DNA of 32,000 nucleotides, from the NCBI RefSeq assembly GCF_000018465.1, contig NC_010085.1, forward strand, positions 1,290,001 through 1,322,000. Reading direction: 5' to 3'. The notes under the pieces are model-generated. The model was given only the letters and a program-made list of their open reading frames with translations, searched no databases and was not told the DNA's origin. This stretch comes from Nitrosopumilus maritimus SCM1. Its GTDB lineage: Archaea > Thermoproteota > Nitrososphaeria > Nitrososphaerales > Nitrosopumilaceae. Below are positions 18,190-26,840 of the stretch, one piece after another; position 1 is the first letter of the stretch; each line of letters begins with the position of its first letter. Both the position numbers and the translations under genes were made by a program.

Positions 18190-19121
18190 TTTCTCCTCTT
18201 CTTTATTGCATAAATTACAATGAATAAAACTATCAACACGGCACCCAGACTCTGGATTATTACAATCACTTCAGGATTTGAGATGGTTTCACCTGTTTGC
18301 AAATCTCTAAAATCAGAAGGTTTTGGTTTTGGTACACACACTCCATCAACTAGAACAGTATTTTCATCTTCACAAAGTGCCTTTGGTTGTTCTGATTGTT
18401 CGCCAGAAAATGGTACGGTGTAAACAGTTCTATCCAAACTTATTCCACTGTTGGTTCTAGTATCCCATTGACAAGTATCAAGATCTATCAAATGAGTGTC
18501 ATTAAGATATCTTAATTTTCCAACATAATCAAGTGGGCCATGTTTTTCACAATGCTCCAAGATGAATTCTAGTCTTTGAGGATCATCAGATTCGGACAGA
18601 CTGATGTCTCTTAGCGGATTTCCCATTGGTTCATCATAACAATTGTATTTCCAGTCAGTAGGGATTTGATTTTTCACTGCTTCTTTGCAATCAAAACTAG
18701 GATTTGATGCATCTAAGGACATTGGAGGAAACCACTTGTCACACATTGAATCATTTCTATAATCTTCTAAACTTGAAAGCCTATAGTCATCTTTCCATTG
18801 CAACATTCGGTAATGGGTCTGACCTTTCCAATCAAATGCAGTACAAATTATTGTTGGATGTTCATAACCCACATCATTATTTGCCCAGTTCCTATCAGTT
18901 TGAATCCAGCCTTGATAATTCGTTTCAAGATTTCTGTAAATCGAATCCATAATCAATTCTTCGGTGAGAGGTTCATGAAATACATGGAAACTGTCAAAAC
19001 AAGGCATAGATTCACCAAATGGTGCTGCAGCACATGCTGCAAATGCATATGACATTGTTGGTAAAACTAGAGAGCCACCAAGAGTCAACAGTCCAGCAAT
19101 TATCAAAAGGCTAGTTTTCAT
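18186..19121 (-). CDS. Secreted Cys-containing hypothetical protein with C-terminal TM anchor
   Basis: Signal MKTSLLIIAGLLTLGGSLVLPTMSYAF; CEDENTVLVDGVC near C-term; TM VIVIIQSLGAVLIVLFIVIYAIKKRRK. Confidence 0.8.
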   Translation of the reverse strand: MKTSLLIIAGLLTLGGSLVLPTMSYAFAACAAAPFGESMPCFDSFHVFHEPLTEELIMDSIYRNLETNYQGWIQTDRNWANNDVGYEHPTIICTAFDWKGQTHYRMLQWKDDYRLSSLEDYRNDSMCDKWFPPMSLDASNPSFDCKEAVKNQIPTDWKYNCYDEPMGNPLRDISLSESDDPQRLEFILEHCEKHGPLDYVGKLRYLNDTHLIDLDTCQWDTRTNSGISLDRTVYTVPFSGEQSEQPKALCEDENTVLVDGVCVPKPKPSDFRDLQTGETISNPEVIVIIQSLGAVLIVLFIVIYAIKKRRK

Positions 19122-19716
19122 TTTCTTTCTCCAACCATTTCAATATCTCAAAAATGTGTTCATCAGGAGGAAAAACAGGATAAAACACCTTTATGATTTT
19201 AGAATTTTTTACAATTAGTGTAAGTCGTTTATACAATGTATTTCCATCAACTGCAAAGACAGGAACATTGAGTTTCTTTTGAAATTCGAGTTTGTTATCA
19301 GATACCAGAATTTGTGAAAAATTCCTTAATGTAGACAACTGCTCTAGATCTGCAATTGGTTGTGAAGAAATTCCAATTGGCATGGCATCATGTTTTTCAA
19401 GTTCAATGATATGTTTGGTAACCGAAATATTTTGAGGTGTGCATCCACGTGCACCTGGAATATCATTCCATCCTTGGGGCAAGTCTTTTTCCGGCATATT
19501 CATCATTGGGAAAAAATACAAGATTCCATATTTTTTCTCAATTGCAGATAAATCAAAAAAACTGTTTTTAGTTGAAGGTAAAATGAGGTTTGGAATTTGT
19601 CTTCCTAAGAGATGAGAGGCCTTACCATCATTTTTTGGTATGGGAAGATCGTGTGGAAGTTTAGTAAGTTTGTCGTTCATTTTTAAAATAAAATTATTAA
19701 TGTTGTTCAGAATCAC
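19111..19716 (-). CDS. Redoxin/peroxiredoxin-like protein (AhpC/TSA superfamily)
   Basis: LGRQIPNLILPSTKNSFFDLS...LYFFPMMNMPEKDLPQGWNDIPGARGCTPQN... thioredoxin-fold redoxin signature. Confidence 0.8.
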   Translation of the reverse strand: MILNNINNFILKMNDKLTKLPHDLPIPKNDGKASHLLGRQIPNLILPSTKNSFFDLSAIEKKYGILYFFPMMNMPEKDLPQGWNDIPGARGCTPQNISVTKHIIELEKHDAMPIGISSQPIADLEQLSTLRNFSQILVSDNKLEFQKKLNVPVFAVDGNTLYKRLTLIVKNSKIIKVFYPVFPPDEHIFEILKWLEKENEN

Positions 19717-20107
19717 CTACAAGACCAAAACTATTCTTGTCTTGGTCATAAACAGTACACATTATTCCTCCCCAAACTTGTTTTTCAGGTTTTGTAATTT
19801 CAACTCCCTTTGATTGAAGTTCATGATATGTCTCATCAATGTTTTTTGTGAAAAACCAAATCCCAGTTGGAGTACCAATTTTCAAATCTAGTTTTGTTGA
19901 TTTTTTTTCAGACCATTTCTCAACATTGACAGGATCTGCCAAGCTCAGTACGGTTTTAGAGTTTGGTGGTCCTACCACTATCCATCGAAATCCTGCAACA
20001 TCTGTATCTAATTTTGATTCAAATCCTAGTTTCTCAGTGTAGAAATCCAAGGCTTTTTGTTGATCAGAGACCATTACAGTCATACCTTCAATTTCATCAA
20101 TCATCAT
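19697..20107 (-). CDS. VOC-family (glyoxalase/bleomycin-resistance) protein
   Basis: VMVSDQQKALDFYTEKLGFESKLDTDVAGFRWIVV...GGIMCTVYDQDKNSFGLV. Confidence 0.9.
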   Translation of the reverse strand: MMIDEIEGMTVMVSDQQKALDFYTEKLGFESKLDTDVAGFRWIVVGPPNSKTVLSLADPVNVEKWSEKKSTKLDLKIGTPTGIWFFTKNIDETYHELQSKGVEITKPEKQVWGGIMCTVYDQDKNSFGLVGDSEQH

Positions 20108-20203
20108 AAAAAATCAATAATTGAGACTCATAAAGTATTCGTATCCTTGACACTTTCTAGTAACATTATACCTTCATATAGTATGAGTATTAACTAAGAG
20201 AAA

Positions 20204-20410
20204 ATGGGTTTAACTGCATGCAAAAACAAATGTCACACATTTGAGAAAGAAGCAAAGCCTACAGCCTATGAAAAAGGAGGATGTTATTGCAATAACTGTG
20301 ATTACTATTTCAAAGAAAGATTCCTCAGATGTCCCTGCTGCAATACCCGTACTCGTTATTCAAATCGCTCAAACAGAACTAGACGAGATGCAGAAGTAGT
20401 TCGAATGTAA
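20204..20410 (+). CDS. Small Cys-rich putative zinc-binding basic protein
   Basis: CKNKCHTFEKE...GGCYCNNCDYYFKERFLRCPCCNTRTRYSNRSNRTRR. Confidence 0.75.
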   Translation: MGLTACKNKCHTFEKEAKPTAYEKGGCYCNNCDYYFKERFLRCPCCNTRTRYSNRSNRTRRDAEVVRM

Positions 20411-20428
20411 AAACAAATCTTAGTAAGA

Positions 20429-21712
20429 TCACTTGTCTTCTTTTGGAAGAGAAATTGTAATTCTTGTAGGATTGTTATTTGCAGTAATACTTCCATTATG
20501 GGATTCAATTATTGTTTTACAACTATACAGACCTAGTCCTGTACCTTGTTGTTTTGTGGTAAATAATGGATCAAATATTTTTTTCAGATTTGTTTCGGGT
20601 ATGGGTTCTCCAGAATCCTGAATAGTGATGTCATGGTCATTGTTGTTTTCGCTATACAAAATAGTAATTTTTCCTCCAGAACCTAATTTCTGAATTGCAT
20701 TAAGAAGGATGTTGTTGAATACTAAGACAATTTGATCTTTATCACAAGTAATAGAAGGATTTTCAGAGGGTCTTTCAATGGAAATATTTTCAGGAATTAT
20801 TAGTTCTTCAAGTGAAGAATCCAATAGTTCATTCAAAGTAGTTTTTCGGATATTTTTTTCTCGTTTTTTAACAAAAGTCATAACATCATCAATCTGATGG
20901 GTCATTCGCTTTACTGAATGATCGATTTTTTCACAAGTTTGAGCAGTTTTTTCTTCTTGTGTTTGTTTTGAAATTAATGAAACTCCAGCTGCAATTATTG
21001 AAAGAGGATTTCTAAGATCATGTGACAATCTTGCTGTGAGCTCACCAAGTACAGCAAATTTTTCTTGTTCAATGTTTTGTTTAGAGGATTTTGCTACAAT
21101 TATAGAAAAAACAAGTATTGCAAGTGAAAGTAATCCAATTAGAATTAGTATAATTGTATAAACTAGAGAACTTGCTTTGTTGATAGCTTGATTAATTGAA
21201 TCCATTGAGAAATAAAGTTCTATTACGCCTACAGGTTCAGATTGATTCAAGTAAATGGGGACGTAAATTTCCATTAATTGTCCATATCCAGTTTCAGCAA
21301 TATTTTCAGGATCTACTGGATCTTTGATTTCTGATACTAGTTGCCCGTTGATTGAGTTTTGGAATCGAATATTATCTGCAAAATTTTCACCTACAATTGA
21401 ACTGTCATCAGAGTATACTATAGTGCCATCTTTTGACCATACCTTAATTCTGAGTGTATTGTCATTTTCTACACTCTGGAAATAATTCTCAAATGTTGTT
21501 TTTCTTTCATCAAAATTAATTGCTTCAAAGTCGTTCATTGTAAGTTCCTGAGATGCAATAGATTTGATGTACGCTGCATTAGCTCGTTCTGCTTCATGAA
21601 TGGTCATATTACTAATTTCTTCAGATACCAAAATGGAAAAAATTCCACTGGTGATTATGGCCAATATTACAATTATCGCTCCTCCAACAACAATCTTTTT
21701 TGTAATATTCAC
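20429..21712 (-). CDS. Membrane sensor histidine kinase
   Basis: Two TMs flanking an extracellular sensor; H-box LSHDLRNPLSIIAAG; N-box ILLNAIQKL; GTGLGLYSCKTIIESHNGSI. Confidence 0.93.
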   Translation of the reverse strand: MNITKKIVVGGAIIVILAIITSGIFSILVSEEISNMTIHEAERANAAYIKSIASQELTMNDFEAINFDERKTTFENYFQSVENDNTLRIKVWSKDGTIVYSDDSSIVGENFADNIRFQNSINGQLVSEIKDPVDPENIAETGYGQLMEIYVPIYLNQSEPVGVIELYFSMDSINQAINKASSLVYTIILILIGLLSLAILVFSIIVAKSSKQNIEQEKFAVLGELTARLSHDLRNPLSIIAAGVSLISKQTQEEKTAQTCEKIDHSVKRMTHQIDDVMTFVKKREKNIRKTTLNELLDSSLEELIIPENISIERPSENPSITCDKDQIVLVFNNILLNAIQKLGSGGKITILYSENNNDHDITIQDSGEPIPETNLKKIFDPLFTTKQQGTGLGLYSCKTIIESHNGSITANNNPTRITISLPKEDK

Positions 21713-21779
21713 AAGTTGGATGAAGTATGAAAGTAATTAACCATTATTTTCTCAATAAGGTTTGGATTGATTTTCTAGT

Positions 21780-22781
21780 TTATAGTGGAGAAATAGGGAA
21801 AGGAGCTTGCATAAATGTCAAAAATGCAACAGAATTCATAATTATCCACCAATACAAAATTCTCAAGATAGACATTTTGTCAGCATAACGATTAGTCAAT
21901 GTCAAAATTATCCAAGGTAGTACATTAATTGCAATATACCCCATCGTTAGATTTCCCGAAGCTAGTGCTACAAGACCAATAGGAATTCCGAGCAGTCCAA
22001 CAGAAAGGAAATATCCTGAAAATCCATAAAAGTAAATTTTTACGATATCAAAAAGACTTGCAGGATCACATCTAGTATCATTACAGGTCACCATACCATA
22101 CAACATTATGAGTATGGGGAATGCAATTACAACAGATATTGCAGAAATTCTCAAATGTTTTTCTTTGATAAAATTCCCACTTGATAGAGAGTGTGGATTT
22201 TGATTGTCGTTCTTTGTTTTTCGTTTATTTGAAGTAACTAGCATAATCAAACCAATATTAATTCCAGCTCCAATGCTTATCAACAAAATGTAGAGCAGAC
22301 TAGAAACTAGTTGTTGTTCATCTGTAAGTCCAGTTTGTTTTCCAGGATGACATACACCATCTATCAGATAGTTTCCTTTACCACATGCAAGTTCATCTTC
22401 AGGAGTAGGAGTCGGAGCAATTTCCAAAATTGCAACATATTCAGATTTTTCTGTGTGTGGTGGCCATGGTTGTATATCCATCACTCTAATTTCATATTGT
22501 TTTACGTATGATGTTGATTTTTCAAGAGTCATGTAGCTAGTGGTGTAAAGTGTACCACGATCCATTTCGATTATTACAGTCACTTGTTCACGTGAACATT
22601 CTCCATCAACAGGACAACGAGAGGTATCAACATCAGAAAAATGGATTTGGATGCCATCAAAATCAATTGTTTCATCAAACCCGATTTCAATCATCTGTAT
22701 TTGTCCAAACACTTGAGAAGATGCAATTGCTGGATGTAATAGTAAAACGAGTCCAAAAATTACTAAAAGTTTGGTTTTCAT
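21780..22781 (-). CDS. Secreted/multi-TM hypothetical protein
   Basis: Signal peptide, extracellular domain, CGKGNYLIDGVC motif, then 4-5 TM segments. Confidence 0.75.
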   Translation of the reverse strand: MKTKLLVIFGLVLLLHPAIASSQVFGQIQMIEIGFDETIDFDGIQIHFSDVDTSRCPVDGECSREQVTVIIEMDRGTLYTTSYMTLEKSTSYVKQYEIRVMDIQPWPPHTEKSEYVAILEIAPTPTPEDELACGKGNYLIDGVCHPGKQTGLTDEQQLVSSLLYILLISIGAGINIGLIMLVTSNKRKTKNDNQNPHSLSSGNFIKEKHLRISAISVVIAFPILIMLYGMVTCNDTRCDPASLFDIVKIYFYGFSGYFLSVGLLGIPIGLVALASGNLTMGYIAINVLPWIILTLTNRYADKMSILRILYWWIIMNSVAFLTFMQAPFPISPL

Positions 22782-22783
22782 TT

Positions 22784-23017
22784 TCAGGTCACAGAAATAT
22801 ATTCAATTTTTTCGCCACAAAAAGGACAAAAATCAATTGGAACATAGTTCTCATTTTCAACTATAGAATATTTTCCAATCTTTCCATTCCAGGATTTTAC
22901 TGATGAGACATATTTTGATAATTTTTCACAGCAAAAGTCAGAACTGCTGTTAAATTTTAATTCAGAAAATGAGACATATTCAAAAGCCTGAATTTCTTTA
23001 CGAAAATATACTTGCAA
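22784..23017 (-). CDS. Small putative zinc-binding hypothetical protein
   Basis: 77 aa; FCPFCGEKIEY C-terminal knuckle and FCCEKL. Confidence 0.6.
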   Translation of the reverse strand: MQVYFRKEIQAFEYVSFSELKFNSSSDFCCEKLSKYVSSVKSWNGKIGKYSIVENENYVPIDFCPFCGEKIEYISVT

Positions 23018-23083
23018 TGTTTTTAGCTGAAATTACGAAGTTCATAAGTACTTCGAATATTTGCTCAACTTGCAGGGATTTAA

Positions 23084-23464
23084 TTACCATTTGAGTGGGC
23101 AGTTATCTAAAATGTCTCGAGGGAGAGGATTTGAAACTACACAAAGCGTATCACCATCACCACTCCATGCCTTCAGAACAATACGATCTTTTTCCAAAAT
23201 CAAATCAACATATGTGTCACCGTTTTTTGCAGAATATTTGTATGGAATTCCTTTTGAATCATAGAATTCAGAAATCTCACGGTCTGAATATTTTCCTTTG
23301 AACGTATCAATTAGTTCTGCTGTTCGTAGTGTATCATCTAATTGCAACTCATTAGAAAGAGATTGGTTTTGAATCAGAGTAATCATCAAAGCCACACCAA
23401 GAACTACAACAATTCCAATTAACACCAAATTCAAGGTATTCACAATATAGTTTAACATCATCAC
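23084..23464 (-). CDS. Membrane-anchored hypothetical protein
   Basis: N-terminal TM NLVLIGIVVVLGVALMITLI. Confidence 0.7.
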   Translation of the reverse strand: MMMLNYIVNTLNLVLIGIVVVLGVALMITLIQNQSLSNELQLDDTLRTAELIDTFKGKYSDREISEFYDSKGIPYKYSAKNGDTYVDLILEKDRIVLKAWSGDGDTLCVVSNPLPRDILDNCPLKW

Positions 23465-23499
23465 AAGAGTTTAATTGTTCATTTTGTGTTTTTCAAAAC

Positions 23500-23570
23500 G
23501 GTACTCTGGCAGAACGGTTATGCGTGGGCCTGCAAAGCCTATACAAGGGGGTTCGACTCCCTCGGGTACC
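23500..23570 (+). tRNA. tRNA-Cys (anticodon GCA at 23532-23534)
   Basis: GGTACTC/GGGTACC acceptor, D-arm GCA..TGC, anticodon arm TGGGC-CTGCAAA-GCCTA, T-arm GGGGG-TTCGACT-CCCTC. Confidence 0.93.
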
Positions 23571-23571
23571 T

Positions 23572-24030
23572 TTATTCTACAATAACTTGTCCTTCCATCC
23601 AAGGATGCAAGGTGCAATAGTAATCAATAGTTCCTGGCTCATCAAAGGTTAGCGTATAGGAATCAAATGGATCCATGTGTCCGCTATCAAAAAGATCTTG
23701 TGGTGCATCATAGAATCCAGAAGTTACACTGTGAAATGCTGAATCCTCATTTACCCACGTTACAGATTCTCCTGCACTAATTGTAATTACAGATGGAATG
23801 TAGCATCTGTCAGTTTCTTCACATCCAGGTCGTGAGACTTTGGTTGGCATGATAACATCGCCTCCAGTCATAACATCAGGTTGTATGACTCCTTGCATGG
23901 AATGAGAGGAGACAGCGTTTGATTCAGGTTGCGGTTCTGGCTGTGGTTCCATCTCAGTTGAAAAAGCAACAGCAAGGGACACAATGATTACTATACCAAC
24001 TATGCTTGCTGCAGCAATTTTTTTTATCAA
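23572..24030 (-). CDS. Plastocyanin-like cupredoxin (blue copper protein), membrane/secreted
   Basis: N-terminal TM, ITISAGESVTWVNEDSAFHSVTSG, GTIDYYCTLHPWMEGQVIV (His...Cys..His..Met copper ligands). Confidence 0.93.
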   Translation of the reverse strand: MIKKIAAASIVGIVIIVSLAVAFSTEMEPQPEPQPESNAVSSHSMQGVIQPDVMTGGDVIMPTKVSRPGCEETDRCYIPSVITISAGESVTWVNEDSAFHSVTSGFYDAPQDLFDSGHMDPFDSYTLTFDEPGTIDYYCTLHPWMEGQVIVE

Positions 24031-24080
24031 ATCATTTCACACCCAAAACTAAGTTATTACATAATTACCAAATTCTCTAA

Positions 24081-24090
24081 ATATATAACA
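24081..24090 (+). promoter_or_regulatory. Putative archaeal TATA box for the AIPR gene
   Basis: taaATATATAaca about 20-25 bp upstream of the TTG start at 24106, consistent with a leaderless transcript. Confidence 0.45.
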
Positions 24091-24105
24091 TACTAGAAAA
24101 GTAAA

Positions 24106-25857
24106 TTGTCTCAAAACGGAAACGGTTTACTAGAGTACATACCTGGCTCTCACACACTGCTAGTTCAAAAAAATTCCAGCCCACCTCTTGAAGGATTTGC
24201 TGAAAATATCAGAGGAAGCATACACGAGTATGCTGAGAATTCAAAGAGCGACGTTGAGAAGGGAAACAACTTTCTTCATTGGATACTGACAAGAGTATTT
24301 GAGGCAACAGAAGATGATGCTGCTGATGCAATTGTAGATGGTGCAAACGATCTAGGAATTGATGCATACTTGCCAGTAGACTTTTCAGATAACACGATTA
24401 GATTATTTCAATCAAAATACGGGACATCTCATTCACTTGAAGCAATTGCAAAGTTCAAAGAAGATGCAAAGAGACTGCTTGCAAAAGACGTTACAAAGAT
24501 GAGACCAGAATTGGCTCAGCTTGTTACAAAAATCAAAGAAAAGAATCTCAAAGTAAAGTGCTGTTATGTTACTGACCAAAAAGTAGACTATCATGATGAA
24601 TTTGTTGAAGTAATTGATGAGGAGAAGATCATTCAAAAACTCTGGGACAGAATAAAGAAACCAGCTGCAGGCAAAAAGTCATCAATACGACTAGAAAAGA
24701 TGCTCAGACACGAGAATACTATTCTAGGAATTTTGAAATTACGTGAATTAACAGAGTTTGTTAGCAAGAACAGAGACTATGTCTTTGAATCAAACATCAG
24801 ACAATGGATGCAGTTCAAGACTACGGTAAACAAGGGATTACGAGACACATTGCAGAGTAACCCTAACAAGTTCTTCTTTTACAATAACGGAATTACAATT
24901 GTAGTAAGCGATTTCTCAGAATTGGGCGAGAACATGATAGAGCTTCATGCACCGCAAATTGTCAATGGTGCACAGACATCAAACTCTATACTAGATCATT
25001 CAAAGAGAACAAAGAACATGGATGGCTCCATGACAGTTACAATAATCAAAGCTGATGATGAACAAGAACAAAACAACATTACAAAGTATAGAAACTCGCA
25101 AAACTCTGTCAGAGGAAAAGACTTGGTTTCTTTGATGGACTTTCACAAGTCAATTAAATCACAATTAAAAAGCTGTGGATACTTTTATGAAATTCAAGCA
25201 GGCTCTTTTGATACAAAATCAAAATCAAAACAGTGTGACTATGCAGGAGACTCTACATACAACAACTATCTTCCAGACAATCACAAAAAAGTAATCGTTG
25301 CAAAAGATGCAATTCAATGTCTTGTTGCAGGAATTGAACAAAGACCAACTGAAGCTTATAGTTCACCAGCTCAGTTTCTTCCAAGAGGAAGCAAGTATGA
25401 TGATATCTTTAATGACAATCTAAAGGATGATTACAGAATTTTGTTGTATCCATACTTGGTAAAAGAATATGCAAAAAAATCACTAAAGTATGGAAAGAAA
25501 GGAGGTCACAAGACAAAGAGATATGCAACTCTGTTCTATGTTGCAGTATACTTTAGAATTCTACACAAAAAAATTCTCGAATCAAAGGGCGATTTTAAGG
25601 GAGATATCAGGAAGATAGAGCCAGTTTTTCGCAGTTTCAAACTAAATTCTCGAATTTTAAAGCTAGCTGACGTCATTGTTACCAAATTCCTTGAGGATAC
25701 AGTAGTTGATGATGAAATCGAAATGGCAAACACAAAGCACAACTTTTTCTCTCAACACGTATGGAATGACACGATGCTTCGGGTAATTGACAAGAAGATA
25801 AGACAAGAAGAAGATGAAATCTTGGCACTAAAGAAACTCACAAACAGTTTGTTGTGA
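24106..25857 (+). CDS. AIPR-family protein (abortive-infection phage-resistance type)
   Basis: Central NKFFFYNNGITIVVSDF...IELHAPQIVNGAQTSNSI...ITKYRNSQNSVRGKDLVSLMDFHKSI is typical of AIPR; N-terminal DLGIDAYLPVDFSDNTIRLFQSKYGT resembles a PD-(D/E)xK-like nuclease core. Confidence 0.88.
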   Translation: MSQNGNGLLEYIPGSHTLLVQKNSSPPLEGFAENIRGSIHEYAENSKSDVEKGNNFLHWILTRVFEATEDDAADAIVDGANDLGIDAYLPVDFSDNTIRLFQSKYGTSHSLEAIAKFKEDAKRLLAKDVTKMRPELAQLVTKIKEKNLKVKCCYVTDQKVDYHDEFVEVIDEEKIIQKLWDRIKKPAAGKKSSIRLEKMLRHENTILGILKLRELTEFVSKNRDYVFESNIRQWMQFKTTVNKGLRDTLQSNPNKFFFYNNGITIVVSDFSELGENMIELHAPQIVNGAQTSNSILDHSKRTKNMDGSMTVTIIKADDEQEQNNITKYRNSQNSVRGKDLVSLMDFHKSIKSQLKSCGYFYEIQAGSFDTKSKSKQCDYAGDSTYNNYLPDNHKKVIVAKDAIQCLVAGIEQRPTEAYSSPAQFLPRGSKYDDIFNDNLKDDYRILLYPYLVKEYAKKSLKYGKKGGHKTKRYATLFYVAVYFRILHKKILESKGDFKGDIRKIEPVFRSFKLNSRILKLADVIVTKFLEDTVVDDEIEMANTKHNFFSQHVWNDTMLRVIDKKIRQEEDEILALKKLTNSLL

Positions 25858-26014
25858 TTCTAGTAGGCAATAGCCCAACCAAGTAAAAATCTTGCAGGAG
25901 GTTTACATTGGTCAGACTAGTACCTGAATTTCCTAAAAACAGGTTGTATTTAACATAATTTTCATCTGCATGCGGGAATGTTTTTTATATTGATTAAAAA
26001 GAGCAGAAAACACT

Positions 26015-26182
26015 TTGGGTTCAAAAGGTAAATGCGCAATTTGCAGTGGAGAAATCAAAAATCCATTCAATCCAATGAAAGAATGGGGAATTGATGGAAT
26101 GCTTTGCGGTGACTGTTATTCAAAACATCTTCATGAATATTATCCTGGAGATCACGTTAGAGTAAACAAACACTTGGATTAA
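26015..26182 (+). CDS. Small zinc-binding hypothetical protein (55 aa, TTG start)
   Basis: Manual translation (L/M)GSKGKCAICSGEIKNPFNPMKEWGIDGMLCGDCYSKHLHEYYPGDHVRVNKHLD*. CxxC...CxxC; below the ORF-track cutoff. Confidence 0.65.
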   Translation: MGSKGKCAICSGEIKNPFNPMKEWGIDGMLCGDCYSKHLHEYYPGDHVRVNKHLD

Positions 26183-26766
26183 GTTTCTGATTCTGAAAAA
26201 TCATTTGCATTAAAACAATTCCAGACAAGCGGATCATCTTTTACATCTTCTTCTTTAAGAAATTGAATGTCAGTAATTGTTTTTTTACGTTTTAACAAGT
26301 TTACTTGAAAAGTTGAAAACTCTTTGCAATCACAATCGTTGTAGAGACATTCATCATTGTCATTTTCATCATGATCTCTTGCCTCATGACCGCAATTACA
26401 CAATGCATCCTTTTTGACATCATCAAGTGACTTGTGTGCATATGTTCCCAATCTAAGATATGCTTCACCACCATGACCTTTCTTGAATCGCTCATAGTGT
26501 TCGGACTTTTGCAATACTTTGTAGAAAGAAAGATTCGTGTCAGGCTTTTGAGAGTCAGCGCCCATGATAAACCAGTATTTGTCACCAATCTCGACAAATC
26601 TGATCTTAATTGAGGGATCAACCCAGAAGTGAATGGTGTCATGCCACAAAGAAGCAGATTTTTTTCTGTCTGAAACTAGCGGAACAACATTCATGCGAAG
26701 ATCATAATACCTGTAAGCTACCCCTTCAAAGTCATCAAACCACGGAATTGCAGACATTGTTGGCAA
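26179..26766 (-). CDS. Hypothetical protein with Cys/His cluster
   Basis: CNCGHEARDHDENDNDECLYNDCDCKEF metal-binding-like motif; 195 aa intact ORF. Confidence 0.75.
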   Translation of the reverse strand: MPTMSAIPWFDDFEGVAYRYYDLRMNVVPLVSDRKKSASLWHDTIHFWVDPSIKIRFVEIGDKYWFIMGADSQKPDTNLSFYKVLQKSEHYERFKKGHGGEAYLRLGTYAHKSLDDVKKDALCNCGHEARDHDENDNDECLYNDCDCKEFSTFQVNLLKRKKTITDIQFLKEEDVKDDPLVWNCFNANDFSESET

Positions 26767-26840
26767 ATCATGCGGGAGATTATTTATCTGATCTGAATTG
26801 GTGGTAATACCCTTATATCAGAGTTTGAGAGTTACTACGT

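Noticed and set aside
22311-22903. Plus-strand ORFs 22311..22511 and 22550..22903
   Set aside because: Antisense to the minus-strand hypothetical genes, which have clear signal peptides and Cys motifs.
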